This document shows positions 38,029 to 48,081 of a stretch of DNA of 64,000 nt, one piece after another. The position numbers were made by a program, and so were the translations under genes. Every line of letters starts with the position of its first letter. Position 1 is the first letter of the stretch. Source of the stretch: an uncultured Bacteroidales bacterium (GTDB taxonomy: Bacteria; Bacteroidota; Bacteroidia; Bacteroidales; FEN-979); contig CAILVF010000021.1 in NCBI GenBank assembly GCA_903837605.1, positions 14,630 through 78,629 on the forward strand. The letters run 5' to 3'. The notes under the pieces are model-generated. The model did not search any database. It saw nothing but the letters and a program-made list of their open reading frames with translations, and had not been told where the DNA came from.

Positions 38029-39327
38029 TTATTTTTTTCTTCGCATCAGTTTCCCGATATCGGCAATTTCTTTCGGGATCGCTTGTGACAGCAGCTCGTG
38101 GCCATCCGCAGTCACAAGCACATCATCTTCAATGCGCACGCCAAAACCCCTGCGTTTCAATGGCTGAACGGTGTCGTTTACCGGGATGTAGATTCCGGGT
38201 TCCACGGTAATTATCATACCGGGCCGAAGAGTATCGCCTGTGGCAACATCATGAACTTCGAGCCCGACAGTATGGGTTACCGAATGGAGAATATAGTTGA
38301 CATAACCTGCCTTACGCGTCAGTTGTGTGGTTTTACGGTCCAGGTCACTGAGGGTGATGCCCGGCCTGATCATGTCGATTACCGCCTTCTGGATGTCCAG
38401 GACAGCCTGGTAAATTATTTCCTGGTCGGGGGTGAATTGCCCTGAAACAGGAATAGTCCTGGTGATATCGGCGCAAAATTCCCCATACCTCGCACCCACA
38501 TCCATAACAACCAGGTCCCCTTTGTTCATCACGCAGGTATTTTTCTCGTAATGCGGACTGAGGCTGTTGGTCCCTGAGCCAATGATTGACGCAAAAGCCA
38601 TGCTTTGGGCTCCCTGCCGTTTTGCTTCATACTCAATAATCGCCTGCAGTTCATATTCATGCATGCCGGGTTTGCAATGTTTCATCGCCGAAACTATCCC
38701 GTCGCCGGTCATGGCTATTGCCTTTTTTATAAGCTCTGTTTCCTGAGGGGTTTTGATCAGCCTGATGGCCGTGAATAATTTACTTGCCGACTTTAACTTC
38801 ACCCCCGGATGGGCCAGTTCGAAAACTTTTTTGGTCTCTCGTTCACTGATTACTGTTTTACCGTTAAGCCAGTCATTTGAGAGTTTCGGCAAAGGATAGT
38901 AATACAGGGTTTTAATATGCCCGGAAATCTCTGCCAGCACCGGCAAAAAGAGCTTTTCGTCGAGAAGTGTGTCAGAGGATGATAACGGTATTGTCTCCGA
39001 CATCTGATCAGGGTAGGTGAATATTAAAATATGTTTGATCCCTGAACCTGATTTATACCCTACAGGCGTTACAATCATTTTGTACCCGGGTTCGTCTATC
39101 CCAGTGAGATTAAAAAAATCGGGACTCTGGCGGTAAGGTTCAATGTCGGCATCATAAACGGCATCTTCAGCCTTAATAACCAGGGCCGAAGTGCTATCCA
39201 TCATATGAAGTAAAGCAGTCCTCCGTGTAAAAATCACCCCTGGGATGCTTCCCGGCCTCTCACAATCCTGGCCATAAAGGGAACATGCCATCAGCAGGAT
39301 AAAAAGAAAGGAAAATCCGCCGCGCAT
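38029..39327 (-). CDS. Xaa-Pro aminopeptidase (M24B) with signal peptide
   Basis: YRQ..DF..LTG..EP, MDVG, ADITRT, H.VGLEVHD, TVEPGIY, GVRIEDD. Confidence 0.88.
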   Translation of the reverse strand: MRGGFSFLFILLMACSLYGQDCERPGSIPGVIFTRRTALLHMMDSTSALVIKAEDAVYDADIEPYRQSPDFFNLTGIDEPGYKMIVTPVGYKSGSGIKHILIFTYPDQMSETIPLSSSDTLLDEKLFLPVLAEISGHIKTLYYYPLPKLSNDWLNGKTVISERETKKVFELAHPGVKLKSASKLFTAIRLIKTPQETELIKKAIAMTGDGIVSAMKHCKPGMHEYELQAIIEYEAKRQGAQSMAFASIIGSGTNSLSPHYEKNTCVMNKGDLVVMDVGARYGEFCADITRTIPVSGQFTPDQEIIYQAVLDIQKAVIDMIRPGITLSDLDRKTTQLTRKAGYVNYILHSVTHTVGLEVHDVATGDTLRPGMIITVEPGIYIPVNDTVQPLKRRGFGVRIEDDVLVTADGHELLSQAIPKEIADIGKLMRRKK

Positions 39328-40167
39328 CTATTCCGTAAGGCTTTGAGTAGTGGTCATCTTTTGGGTTATCGGAATGGTCATCTGCTGCTGGCCGGTCAGT
39401 GCCATGGTCATATCCACGTTATTGTTGTCAACTTCTTCTATCAGAAGGCCGAGTGCGGCATCAAGCCAGATCGTTCCGGAAGTGTCTCCGCTGCCTTCCA
39501 TAGCCAGGTCCATGCCCATCTGCTTCATTTTCCCGGTAATTTCCATTGAGCCTTTAAATTCTATTTTAATACAATCATGGCTTCCCTTCTTCTCCTTTCC
39601 GGTGAAACTGTATTCAATGTTCTTTTTATACACGATCTGGCCTTCTCCCACGTCGGTTGTATCGGTGGCAACCCTTGACCATTTTTCCCCGATACCGACC
39701 TGATGATCGGGCAACCTGGTGAAGTTGACACTTGTTAGACTCCCTATGGAGAATGAAGATCTACCTGGTTTTACAGTGTCGTGAGCCGGCTCCTTGGTAA
39801 GCTTTCCAACGGCCGTAAGCTTCGCCCTTACCGGTTTGTTTGCTTTATCCTTCATATCCATGGTCGTATCCCGGCCCATTCCCTTCATGTGGAATGATAC
39901 ATCTTCAAAAGTATATACAAGGCTCATGGTGCCATCTGCCGACACGCTGTCAATCACATATTTCAGATGGGAATGTGCATCGGTATTCATTTTCATCTCC
40001 TGTCCCCCCATTTCCTGGGTGGTTTCAACGATGCTGCCCTGCAAATACCTGTAGGTTTTTCCTTTTTCCATTTTGTAACTAAGGCTGAACTTTTCCTGGG
40101 CTCCTGCCTGCAGATTAACCATCACTAAAACAACCGTGACGATCAGCATAATCATTTTGGTCTTCAT
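39328..40167 (-). CDS. Hypothetical exported protein (DUF6263-like beta-rich fold)
   Basis: Signal peptide; L.Y..EKGK.Y.Y, LP...V.IG.KW, G.IW.D...GL. Confidence 0.6.
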   Translation of the reverse strand: MKTKMIMLIVTVVLVMVNLQAGAQEKFSLSYKMEKGKTYRYLQGSIVETTQEMGGQEMKMNTDAHSHLKYVIDSVSADGTMSLVYTFEDVSFHMKGMGRDTTMDMKDKANKPVRAKLTAVGKLTKEPAHDTVKPGRSSFSIGSLTSVNFTRLPDHQVGIGEKWSRVATDTTDVGEGQIVYKKNIEYSFTGKEKKGSHDCIKIEFKGSMEITGKMKQMGMDLAMEGSGDTSGTIWLDAALGLLIEEVDNNNVDMTMALTGQQQMTIPITQKMTTTQSLTE

Positions 40168-40204
40168 TTTTTTCAGAATTATTAGTCTTGACGTTTATAT
40201 GTTC

Positions 40205-41797
40205 TTATTGATCGGGGGCATCGGTTTCAATTGGGTTGATGCTGTACCTGACATCTTCATTGGATATTTTCCCGGCCGTGTAGAATACCAGCCTGGAGAC
40301 CCTTGCAGCCTTGTTGCAATCCGACTTGTCGGGATTGTCGCTTACCTGGTGATAATCTTTATGCAAGCCTGTAAAGTAGAATATAAAGGGGACGTTATGC
40401 TTGTAAAAATAATAATGGTCGCTCCCGCCTAAATATTCACTGTCCTTAACGACAAGGGTGAACTTTGTCTTTTTGTTTTCTTTCCTGATTATTTCAGTGA
40501 TGTCAGGACTTTGTTTGGCGCCTTCAAGGTAAAGCGAATCAGGGGAATTTCTGCTGATCATATCGAGGTTGAGCATGGCAACTGTGGAGGCAAGGGGGTG
40601 CAAGGGATGGGTTGTATAATACCTTGACCCGTACAAACCTTTTTCTTCACCTGCAAACAATATGAACATCATACTGCGTTTGGGTTTCTCTTTAAGCATG
40701 CTGAAGGCATGAGCCACCGTCATAACCCCTGAAGTCCCGGAAGCATTGTCGTCGGCACCATTGAAAATATAATCTTCACCTGCTTTATGTTCCTTCTTGA
40801 ACCCAACGTGATCGTAATGAGCTCCGATGATAACCAGCTGTTTGTTTAAAACCGGGTCGCTCCCCTGGATGTATCCTACAACATTCTTTGAATGGAATAT
40901 TGTTGTAATGATGTTTGCATGCATGCTCACTTTGGTACCGGGTAATTCGTAGGAAACACAGGCAAGATCTTTTTCAATTCTTGCTTCCAGATGTTTAAGT
41001 GAGTCTACACTGCCGAAAAGAAGCCTGACCACTTCCTCCCCGATATGCATCGCCGGGATCTGATCCTCGTTGTCGATACATAAATGAAGTGGAACTGCAT
41101 CCTTTGGGATCACTTTTGATAAGGAAGGCCATGGGAACCCTCTGGCTTTTACCGAACTGTACTGCAGCGGCCCATTTACTATCAGCATCCCTGCCACGCC
41201 ATGCTTCACGGCATTTTTCATTTTCTCTTTTAATGAGATGTATTTTGAATCTTCCTTGCCTTTAAAAACCGAATTGGAATCATCTTTCTGGGGTTCATTC
41301 CTGAAAATGACCACGATCTTGCCTTTGGCATCAATTCCCTTATAATCATCGTAGTTGTATTCGGGCGCTGTAATTCCGTATCCGGCGAAAACCACAGGGG
41401 CTGTAACAGAAGCGGGGGAAGAAAAGTCATAGGGAACATAATCCGCTTTAATGTTCAGTTCAAAACTGGCACCGTTTCGCAATACAGCCAGTTCATTGGT
41501 GTCGCCCAGTTCATCCTTGCAGATTGGCACTTCCTGAAAATAACTTCCGTTCCAGGGTTGAATTCCCCAATCCCTGAAGTTCCTGGCAATATAAGCCGCG
41601 GCAGTGTCCAGCTGGGGGCTGGGAGTGTTCCTGCCTTTCATCGAATCAGAGGCCAGGTAATTGAGATGCATGCTGAAAAATTCAGGGGTAATAAGTTTCC
41701 TGCCATTCCCGGAGCTGTATTGGGATCCTGAACACCCGGCGAAAACATAAGCAATAACAATGAACAGGGAAATGCGGAATATAACAGGGGTCTTCAT
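40205..41797 (-). CDS. M28 family aminopeptidase lipoprotein with PA domain
   Basis: Lipobox FAGC; LASD...GR, VFAGYGI, GAHYDH, NGADDNASG, GEEKGL.GS, SDH, H.DYH. Confidence 0.9.
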   Translation of the reverse strand: MKTPVIFRISLFIVIAYVFAGCSGSQYSSGNGRKLITPEFFSMHLNYLASDSMKGRNTPSPQLDTAAAYIARNFRDWGIQPWNGSYFQEVPICKDELGDTNELAVLRNGASFELNIKADYVPYDFSSPASVTAPVVFAGYGITAPEYNYDDYKGIDAKGKIVVIFRNEPQKDDSNSVFKGKEDSKYISLKEKMKNAVKHGVAGMLIVNGPLQYSSVKARGFPWPSLSKVIPKDAVPLHLCIDNEDQIPAMHIGEEVVRLLFGSVDSLKHLEARIEKDLACVSYELPGTKVSMHANIITTIFHSKNVVGYIQGSDPVLNKQLVIIGAHYDHVGFKKEHKAGEDYIFNGADDNASGTSGVMTVAHAFSMLKEKPKRSMMFILFAGEEKGLYGSRYYTTHPLHPLASTVAMLNLDMISRNSPDSLYLEGAKQSPDITEIIRKENKKTKFTLVVKDSEYLGGSDHYYFYKHNVPFIFYFTGLHKDYHQVSDNPDKSDCNKAARVSRLVFYTAGKISNEDVRYSINPIETDAPDQ

Positions 41798-42024
41798 TTG
41801 GAGGTTATTTAAAAATATGCAATCGGCAGATATGAGAGATTTCTATTACAAACGTACTGCAAATAAGTAAACCGGGCAAACTTCCCGGAAATATCCTTTA
41901 AAATTTTGATTTTACCCTGCTTTCTGGTTATTGGGGCAATGTCAACCTGATCACCGGTCTTTTCATTTCCATCTGCTTGAAATGAGTCCCCGGTCTCCCC
42001 AAAGCGGTTTTTTTTTTCTTTGAC

Positions 42025-42051
42025 GCAACGAATTGCAATTTTATCCTGTCA
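42025..42051 (+). promoter_or_regulatory. Possible ECF-type promoter (GCAAC-N17-TGTCA) upstream of the sigma/anti-sigma/CHAT operon
   Basis: Resembles ECF -35/-10 elements; no TAnnTTTG seen close to ATG 42154. Confidence 0.3.
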
Positions 42052-42153
42052 TTAACATTACAACAGGCAATCTGGCCAACCCCTGTAAATTTATTTTCAA
42101 CAATTGTATCACTTTTTCATTTTCCCCGGATTAAGAGGGGTAGTTCATCTGTT

Positions 42154-42735
42154 ATGATAATTCTGTATACAAATGAATGGCTGGTCAAGGGCTTCATGGA
42201 AGGCCGGGAATCCTGCATAAAATACATGTACAGGGAATACTTCCCTATGGTCAGATCAATTGTACTCACACGGAACGGGAACCTGGAAGATGCTGAGGAC
42301 ATTTTTCATGATGGGTTGATCATCATTTATAAGCGTTTAAAGAAAAGTGGATTTTCACTGAACAGCAGTTTGAAGACCTATCTTTTTTCAGTTTGCCGGA
42401 ATCTCTGGAGGAGACGACTGGAAAGAAAATACCGATTGATGTATGGCATGGATTCCTGTGTAAGTGATTCGGGATGCAATGAAACCAGCGAAAGTGAGGA
42501 AGAGGAGAATGCTGAAAAATTCAGGCTGTATAAGAAGCACTTTGCAGCCATGCCTGAATTCTGCCGAGCATTACTGACCCATTATATCAGAAAAACGTCC
42601 CTGGAAGAAATCGCCAGGATTATGAATTACAAGGATGCTGAATATGTCAAGGCAAGAAAATATTATTGTAAGAACCTGCTCCGGAAAAAGATCCTGAATG
42701 ACCCGGAATGCAAACAATTTATGAATTATGAGTGA
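42154..42735 (+). CDS. ECF sigma-70 factor (Bacteroidota type linked to CHAT genes)
   Basis: DAEDIF.D, SSLKTYLFSVCRNLW, C..LL..Y...S.EEIA..M.Y....VK.RKY.C...L. Confidence 0.85.
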   Translation: MIILYTNEWLVKGFMEGRESCIKYMYREYFPMVRSIVLTRNGNLEDAEDIFHDGLIIIYKRLKKSGFSLNSSLKTYLFSVCRNLWRRRLERKYRLMYGMDSCVSDSGCNETSESEEEENAEKFRLYKKHFAAMPEFCRALLTHYIRKTSLEEIARIMNYKDAEYVKARKYYCKNLLRKKILNDPECKQFMNYE

Positions 42736-43510
42736 CTTCTTAACCCATAGCCAATGGATTGGAAAATTTACTGATAACGAGTTGTCTTCAGAGGAAGAGA
42801 CCCAGTTTTTATTCAGGGCTTCACAAAATCCATTGCTTAGAAATGAACTAAGGCTAGACAAGGATTTATCGGACTTACTCGCCGATCAGGGTTTATTGGA
42901 ATTGTCGGAAGCTATCAGAAAGACAATTAAAAACGAAAAAAGCAACAAACGGATGCCGCTATACCGGCAAATTGCAGCGTCGGTGATAATCCTGGTGAGC
43001 CTGGCCGGTCTTGCCGGCCTCATAATTAACTACACAACTCAATGGGATGGTCAGTTTTTTCTTGCGCATCATACTTTTTTAAGCCCCCAGGTTAAGGGTT
43101 TATTCGGAATTTATCCCGGTGAAAGGAAAATAAATTCGGCGTCCACCCCTGCAAAACGGAGGGCTATTGTTCAGGATAATTTCAAAGAAGACCCCTACAC
43201 TCCGAGGCCTGAATATGAATTTCTTGTCGGGACGGTTACAAGAGATATATCGGTATTTGTGATCTCACCCATGCCAAGGGTCAAATGCAGGGTCGACAGC
43301 CTGATCCAGTTCAGCTGGAGATGGCTTACCGGTCCTGTGCCGTTAAGTATTGAGATAAGCGATAACCATGGTCGCGTAATATTGAATTCTATGCAGGTGA
43401 CAGATGTAAATTATATACTGAACACCAGGTACTGGACCAGGGGATTATATTATTATAAAATATCGGCAGCTGATGAACTTGTAACCATCGGAAGCATTTT
43501 AATTTATTGA
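42728..43510 (+). CDS. Putative anti-sigma factor (N-terminal helical domain, one TM, C-terminal Ig-like domain)
   Basis: I..F.D.ELS.EE..QF...NP.L..EL; TM 'IAASVIILVSL'; C-terminal GLYYYKI; overlaps the sigma stop. Confidence 0.6.
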   Translation: MSDFLTHSQWIGKFTDNELSSEEETQFLFRASQNPLLRNELRLDKDLSDLLADQGLLELSEAIRKTIKNEKSNKRMPLYRQIAASVIILVSLAGLAGLIINYTTQWDGQFFLAHHTFLSPQVKGLFGIYPGERKINSASTPAKRRAIVQDNFKEDPYTPRPEYEFLVGTVTRDISVFVISPMPRVKCRVDSLIQFSWRWLTGPVPLSIEISDNHGRVILNSMQVTDVNYILNTRYWTRGLYYYKISAADELVTIGSILIY

Positions 43511-44880
43511 ATTGTATGGATCCAAGAGTCTTTCTTTTTATGGTGGGTTTCCTGTTTATAATCCCGAGGTTTTTAACATTTGCCTTGGCTCAGGTTCAGG
43601 ATGTTGAATCATTGATCTCCGACATAGCTTCTCCCCAAAGAAACCTTGATCTGGGTTTATCAGTACTGAAAGACCCGATGCATAACCTGGCATTTCGAGA
43701 AATGTCAGGGAACGCCGATATTCCTGATACTTCCCTACAGGCTCCCATTTTTGCAACCACAGGAGAACCGGTATATAACCCTTCTCTGTTGATGATGATA
43801 CAGGGCCTGCTTTCAAAACAGGAAGTGCTTCTTGAATATTTCCCCGGTGATAGCGTAGTTTTTACAGTTGCTGTTACGAAAGAATCATTTGGCATCCACA
43901 GAATGAGGACCAGTCCTGAGATATGGCAGGAATTATCCGGATTTAAACGGAATATCAGATTGGCCGATTTCGGGAATTGCAAGTACCAGTCGGAATTATT
44001 GAGCGAGGTCTTGCTAAGGCCGGTCTCAGAGTCACTGAAAGGAAAGACGAAAGCAGTAATTATTGCCCATGCTGCACTTTACGGGTTCCCATTTGAAGTG
44101 CTCGTGTATCCCACCATTCCATCATTACAAGCATCAGGTAAAACAAAATACCTTATCGAAGGAAGGGAAGTGGTTTATAATAATTCGGTCGCCCAATGGC
44201 TGAGTTCCAGGATACGCAGTAAAACCTGTACTTTGAAAACTTCTGCCGACAACAACCTTGCATTTGCAGGGTTCTCTCCGGGGTTTGAACTTCATGAATG
44301 CATTCAGGAACTCCATAATGCGGGCACGGAGATCAGCAGAATCGGTAAAATGTTCAAGGATAGTGGGAAAACACCGGTTATTCTGTTAAACGAGAATTCC
44401 AATGAAAGCAATTTCAAATCTATTGCACGTTACAGCCATATTATTCATATTGCAACCCATACTATCAGCAGCACAGACTGCCCCGATATGAACGGGCTGC
44501 TGTTTCATGAATTCGGATCACGGGAGAATACTGATGAGGATGATGGATTACTGGCTGTTCGTGAGATTTGTGAACTCAATATCCCGGCAGACCTTATCGT
44601 GATCAATGCCTGTGCCTCGGCAAATATCAGGAGCAGGATAGGTTTGAACTGGTTTTCCTGCGCCGATTGTTTCATGAAAGCCGGGGCAAGGAACGTTTTA
44701 TGCACCCTTTGGAACATAAGTGATCGTGTGGCGGAACGGTTCATGGTGGAATTCTACCGCTGCTACCTGGGAGGAATGTCATACAGTAAGGCACTTCAGC
44801 AGGTTAAAGTAAAGATGATATCGGAACCATCAACATCTTTGCCGTTAAACTGGGCAGCTTATGTGCTGATAGGTGATTGA
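43507..44880 (+). CDS. CHAT-domain (caspase-like, clan CD) protease without TPR array, with hydrophobic N-terminus
   Basis: LLEYF, LL.PV, L...PFE.L, IHIATH (His), DGLL...EI..L, INAC (Cys), AGA..V..TLW..SD, FY, AL..VK, P.NWAAY.LIG. Confidence 0.85.
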   Translation: MNCMDPRVFLFMVGFLFIIPRFLTFALAQVQDVESLISDIASPQRNLDLGLSVLKDPMHNLAFREMSGNADIPDTSLQAPIFATTGEPVYNPSLLMMIQGLLSKQEVLLEYFPGDSVVFTVAVTKESFGIHRMRTSPEIWQELSGFKRNIRLADFGNCKYQSELLSEVLLRPVSESLKGKTKAVIIAHAALYGFPFEVLVYPTIPSLQASGKTKYLIEGREVVYNNSVAQWLSSRIRSKTCTLKTSADNNLAFAGFSPGFELHECIQELHNAGTEISRIGKMFKDSGKTPVILLNENSNESNFKSIARYSHIIHIATHTISSTDCPDMNGLLFHEFGSRENTDEDDGLLAVREICELNIPADLIVINACASANIRSRIGLNWFSCADCFMKAGARNVLCTLWNISDRVAERFMVEFYRCYLGGMSYSKALQQVKVKMISEPSTSLPLNWAAYVLIGD

Positions 44881-44887
44881 ACCGGGT

Positions 44888-45265
44888 TTAATGGCAGGCA
44901 ATTGTCTCTATTTCAATCAGGGCCCCCATTGGCAGTCCTGCCACAGCATATGCCGCGCGTGCAGGCGGGTTTTCAGGGAAAAAGGTCCCGTAGATCGAAT
45001 TTACCAGGGAGTAATCGTCCATTTTGCTTAACAAACAGCTCGTTTTTATCACATCCATGTATGAATAGCCTGCCGCATTAAGAATGGCCCCTATATTCTT
45101 CATGACCTGTCTGGTTTGTTCTTCGATGCCTCCCCCGACCAGTTTGCCGCTGGAGGGATCAATGGCAATCTGGCCCGAAATATATAACATGCCATTTGCT
45201 TCTACAGCCTGGCTGTATGTAGCTATCGCTTTAGGTGCATCGGGGGTTGATATAATTCGTTTCAT
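44888..45265 (-). CDS. ridA: RidA-family enamine/imine deaminase
   Basis: AP.AI..YSQA, SGQI, N.IY..FF...PPAR, LP.GA.IEIE.IA. Confidence 0.9.
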   Translation of the reverse strand: MKRIISTPDAPKAIATYSQAVEANGMLYISGQIAIDPSSGKLVGGGIEEQTRQVMKNIGAILNAAGYSYMDVIKTSCLLSKMDDYSLVNSIYGTFFPENPPARAAYAVAGLPMGALIEIETIACH

Positions 45266-45296
45266 AGGTTATGTTTCATTAAATTAATTTTACTAA

Positions 45297-45324
45297 TCAC
45301 TTATGGCTTATGGCTCATGGCTCA
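45297..45324. repeat. Short TGGCTYA heptamer array after the lptD-like stop
   Basis: tcactta tggctta tggctca tggctca; same family as 4815 and 10464. Confidence 0.7.
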
Positions 45325-45327
45325 AGT

Positions 45328-48081
45328 CTAATTCGTATAGTCTCTGAAATCTTTCTTTTTATTCAGTTTCATATCCTGCAGCATAGACGCCTTGATGTTT
45401 ATCGAAAAGTTCCAGCTTTGTTGCCCGCCTTTGGGAATCCACCCGAAACTCATTTCCCAGCAATGCAGGTCACGGTATACCTGGACCGACGTATATGACA
45501 GTTCCCCATGCGAGAAGTCCCATCCTGTAGTCAAAGTGATCTTCCATTTCGGGGTGATATTGACCTGGCCGCTTACGCCAAGGGTCTGGGTTACCTGGTC
45601 AGTATTGTGCATGACCGTGCTGCTGTATGAATTGGAGTAATGAAAATTGTAAGAAATATTAAAACTCCAGGGTATATCAAAATCAACATAGTAATCATAG
45701 TCAGGTATCGTCTCTGTTTTTTCCTGGGTGCTCATTGCAGCAGGGGGCCCCACATTACCCGTTGCACCGGGTGCAACCGGTTTCTTCTTCTTTACCTTAT
45801 CGGAAGAAAGACTGTAGTTAAACCCAATATCCACACTCGAATTGTCAAATTTCAACAGCTTGTTATAGGCCTTAAGGGTTGTTTCATTAATTCGCCTGTT
45901 AAGTGAATCATGCACATACATATCCCATTGCGCACCGTATTGAACAGTAAGCCCTTTGATTATAGTGCTTCTCGCCGATAATTGCAAGGGGGACCAGTTT
46001 AAGGAATCCTTGGCAAGATCATACGATATGCGTAATGTGAGATCATCGATCAGAGGGATCTTTTTTGTTCCGGTGACCGTGTCTTTCCTGTTCCTGACTT
46101 TCATTTCAAGGTTATTGCTTATTCCAAAACTAACCACTCCCGATTTATACTGGTTTGGCGAACCGTAAATACCTTGCTCGAAAATGGAATATTTCTGAGG
46201 ATTCCTGGTATTGGTGTCATTGGCGATATACTTGTAATACCCGAGCTTTGCTCCGGAGAAATCGGGAGAATATGAAAACCCGATTGTTGGAGTAACCATA
46301 TGCCTGATGGCAATAAGCGCACCCTTTTTAAACTGGTACATCCCGTATATCCTCGTATTGATCGATGATGAGAAATTTGCATCAATGGCATTTGCGAACC
46401 CTGCGACCTGCTCCGTTTTATATCCCGGCTTGATGGTGTCACCAGGTGCAACAATAATGGTATCCTTCTGGTAGTATTTCCTGATCGTCTTGAAATACAT
46501 CCTGTCAACCATGTTGATGGAATTCGTCCAGGTGAAAAACTTCAATACACGGATTGAAGCGCTGATAGGGATAGTATGCCTTATGCCGTTTTGAAGGCTG
46601 TCAATCCAGTTGCCTTTGAACAACAGGGAGTCTTTTGTGTAATACCTGTTTTCCATATCCAGGTTATACTTCATACTGATATTTTCATACCATCTGATAT
46701 TTCCCACAGGATTCTTTCTCCGAAAAGGATAAAACTGATTCACCGACAAAGCAACCTGGGGAAGCACCAGGTTTATGGTTTTTGACAGGGTGTTCTGATT
46801 GTGGTTGAAGTTCAGGTTCAGAAAAACCTTCCCTCCGAAATTCGTCGAATAGTTAACGCTTGAAGTAAAGGTATTTGAAAGATAATTCTGTGCGCTTGAG
46901 CTGAGATTATACTGGTTATAGGTGTTACTGACTATGTTCACATTTGCCGAGAAAGTCGATTTTGGCCTTGCTTTCGGGTCCTGGGTATGGGTCCAGTGAA
47001 ATTCAAAGTCTTTTTTAATCTGGAAATTCGGGTCATCCTCAGAGCCAATCCGGTTGTAGGCATAGCCGAACCTTACACTCCCATTGTATTTGTATCTTTT
47101 TGTATAACGGGCCGATGGCCTGATTGCCCAGCTGCCATGGGTGTATATATCTCCAACCACAGTAAGGTCCATATACTGGCTCAAAGCAAAATAATAACCC
47201 AGGTTCTGAAAATAAAAACCACGTGTGTCGGATTCTCCGTAGGTGGGAAGGATTAAGCCCGAACGCCTTCCCGATTTGCTTGGAAAATACCCGAAAGGAA
47301 CAAGAATAGGCGTGGAAACACCTGCGATCTCCATAAATGCAGGACCGGTGATAACACGTTTCCCGGGAATTACTTTTGCTTTCCCAAAACGAAACGCATA
47401 ATGAGGATCTTCAGGGCGGTCACAGGTAGTATAGGCTCCGTTTTTTACGTAGGTTACGTCATTTTCCATTTTTTTGACTACGGTTCCGTGCAGGTAACCC
47501 TCATCCTGCTTGGTAAATACCGTTTTAATATAACCCTGTTTGGAGTTATAATTATACCGCATCTGTTTTGACTTGAAGGAAAGCGCCCCCTGTGTAAACT
47601 CAGGGATGCCCTGGTCCTTCCCGGTGGAGTCCGGAACTCCTTCGGCAAATACCTCGTTTTTGGGAAAATCTATCTCAAGATAGGCCGATTTCATGCTGAT
47701 GTCTTCGTACTTTACATCTGCATCCTTGAACATATATACTTTTTGATGCTCAATCTCAAATCTGAGTGAATCGGTCGCCTTAAATTCAACTTTTGATTTC
47801 AATGCCACTGAAGGCTTCTTTTTCTTTGATAAACTGTCTGATTTTAACGAATCTTTTTTGACTGCGGATGAGTCGCTTGTTGCAATCAGGTTTTTCTTTA
47901 TGGAATCCTGGACATGCACGCTGTCGGCCGGGAATTTCTTAAGGGAATCCGGCAAATGGATGCTGCCGGCAGAGGTCTTTCTTACAGTATCCCGCAGGAC
48001 CGGATAAAAAGCATGCAGATTAAACCCCGTAAAAATGAAAAGGAGTAAGAAGGTAGTCCTTGTTAATAATTTGGTTAACAA
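45328..48081 (-). CDS. lptD: Putative LPS assembly protein LptD (Bacteroidota type)
   Basis: TTG start; YTTC, G...PTYGE...RG, W.H.QD.KA.P, YRDLHCWEM.F.W.P, C-terminal L.D.K..K. Confidence 0.85.
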   Translation of the reverse strand: MLTKLLTRTTFLLLFIFTGFNLHAFYPVLRDTVRKTSAGSIHLPDSLKKFPADSVHVQDSIKKNLIATSDSSAVKKDSLKSDSLSKKKKPSVALKSKVEFKATDSLRFEIEHQKVYMFKDADVKYEDISMKSAYLEIDFPKNEVFAEGVPDSTGKDQGIPEFTQGALSFKSKQMRYNYNSKQGYIKTVFTKQDEGYLHGTVVKKMENDVTYVKNGAYTTCDRPEDPHYAFRFGKAKVIPGKRVITGPAFMEIAGVSTPILVPFGYFPSKSGRRSGLILPTYGESDTRGFYFQNLGYYFALSQYMDLTVVGDIYTHGSWAIRPSARYTKRYKYNGSVRFGYAYNRIGSEDDPNFQIKKDFEFHWTHTQDPKARPKSTFSANVNIVSNTYNQYNLSSSAQNYLSNTFTSSVNYSTNFGGKVFLNLNFNHNQNTLSKTINLVLPQVALSVNQFYPFRRKNPVGNIRWYENISMKYNLDMENRYYTKDSLLFKGNWIDSLQNGIRHTIPISASIRVLKFFTWTNSINMVDRMYFKTIRKYYQKDTIIVAPGDTIKPGYKTEQVAGFANAIDANFSSSINTRIYGMYQFKKGALIAIRHMVTPTIGFSYSPDFSGAKLGYYKYIANDTNTRNPQKYSIFEQGIYGSPNQYKSGVVSFGISNNLEMKVRNRKDTVTGTKKIPLIDDLTLRISYDLAKDSLNWSPLQLSARSTIIKGLTVQYGAQWDMYVHDSLNRRINETTLKAYNKLLKFDNSSVDIGFNYSLSSDKVKKKKPVAPGATGNVGPPAAMSTQEKTETIPDYDYYVDFDIPWSFNISYNFHYSNSYSSTVMHNTDQVTQTLGVSGQVNITPKWKITLTTGWDFSHGELSYTSVQVYRDLHCWEMSFGWIPKGGQQSWNFSINIKASMLQDMKLNKKKDFRDYTN

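Noticed and set aside
41940-42020. Hairpin plus T-run upstream of the ECF sigma as a riboswitch or ncRNA
   Set aside because: No recognisable family motif and weak pairing; needs an Rfam search
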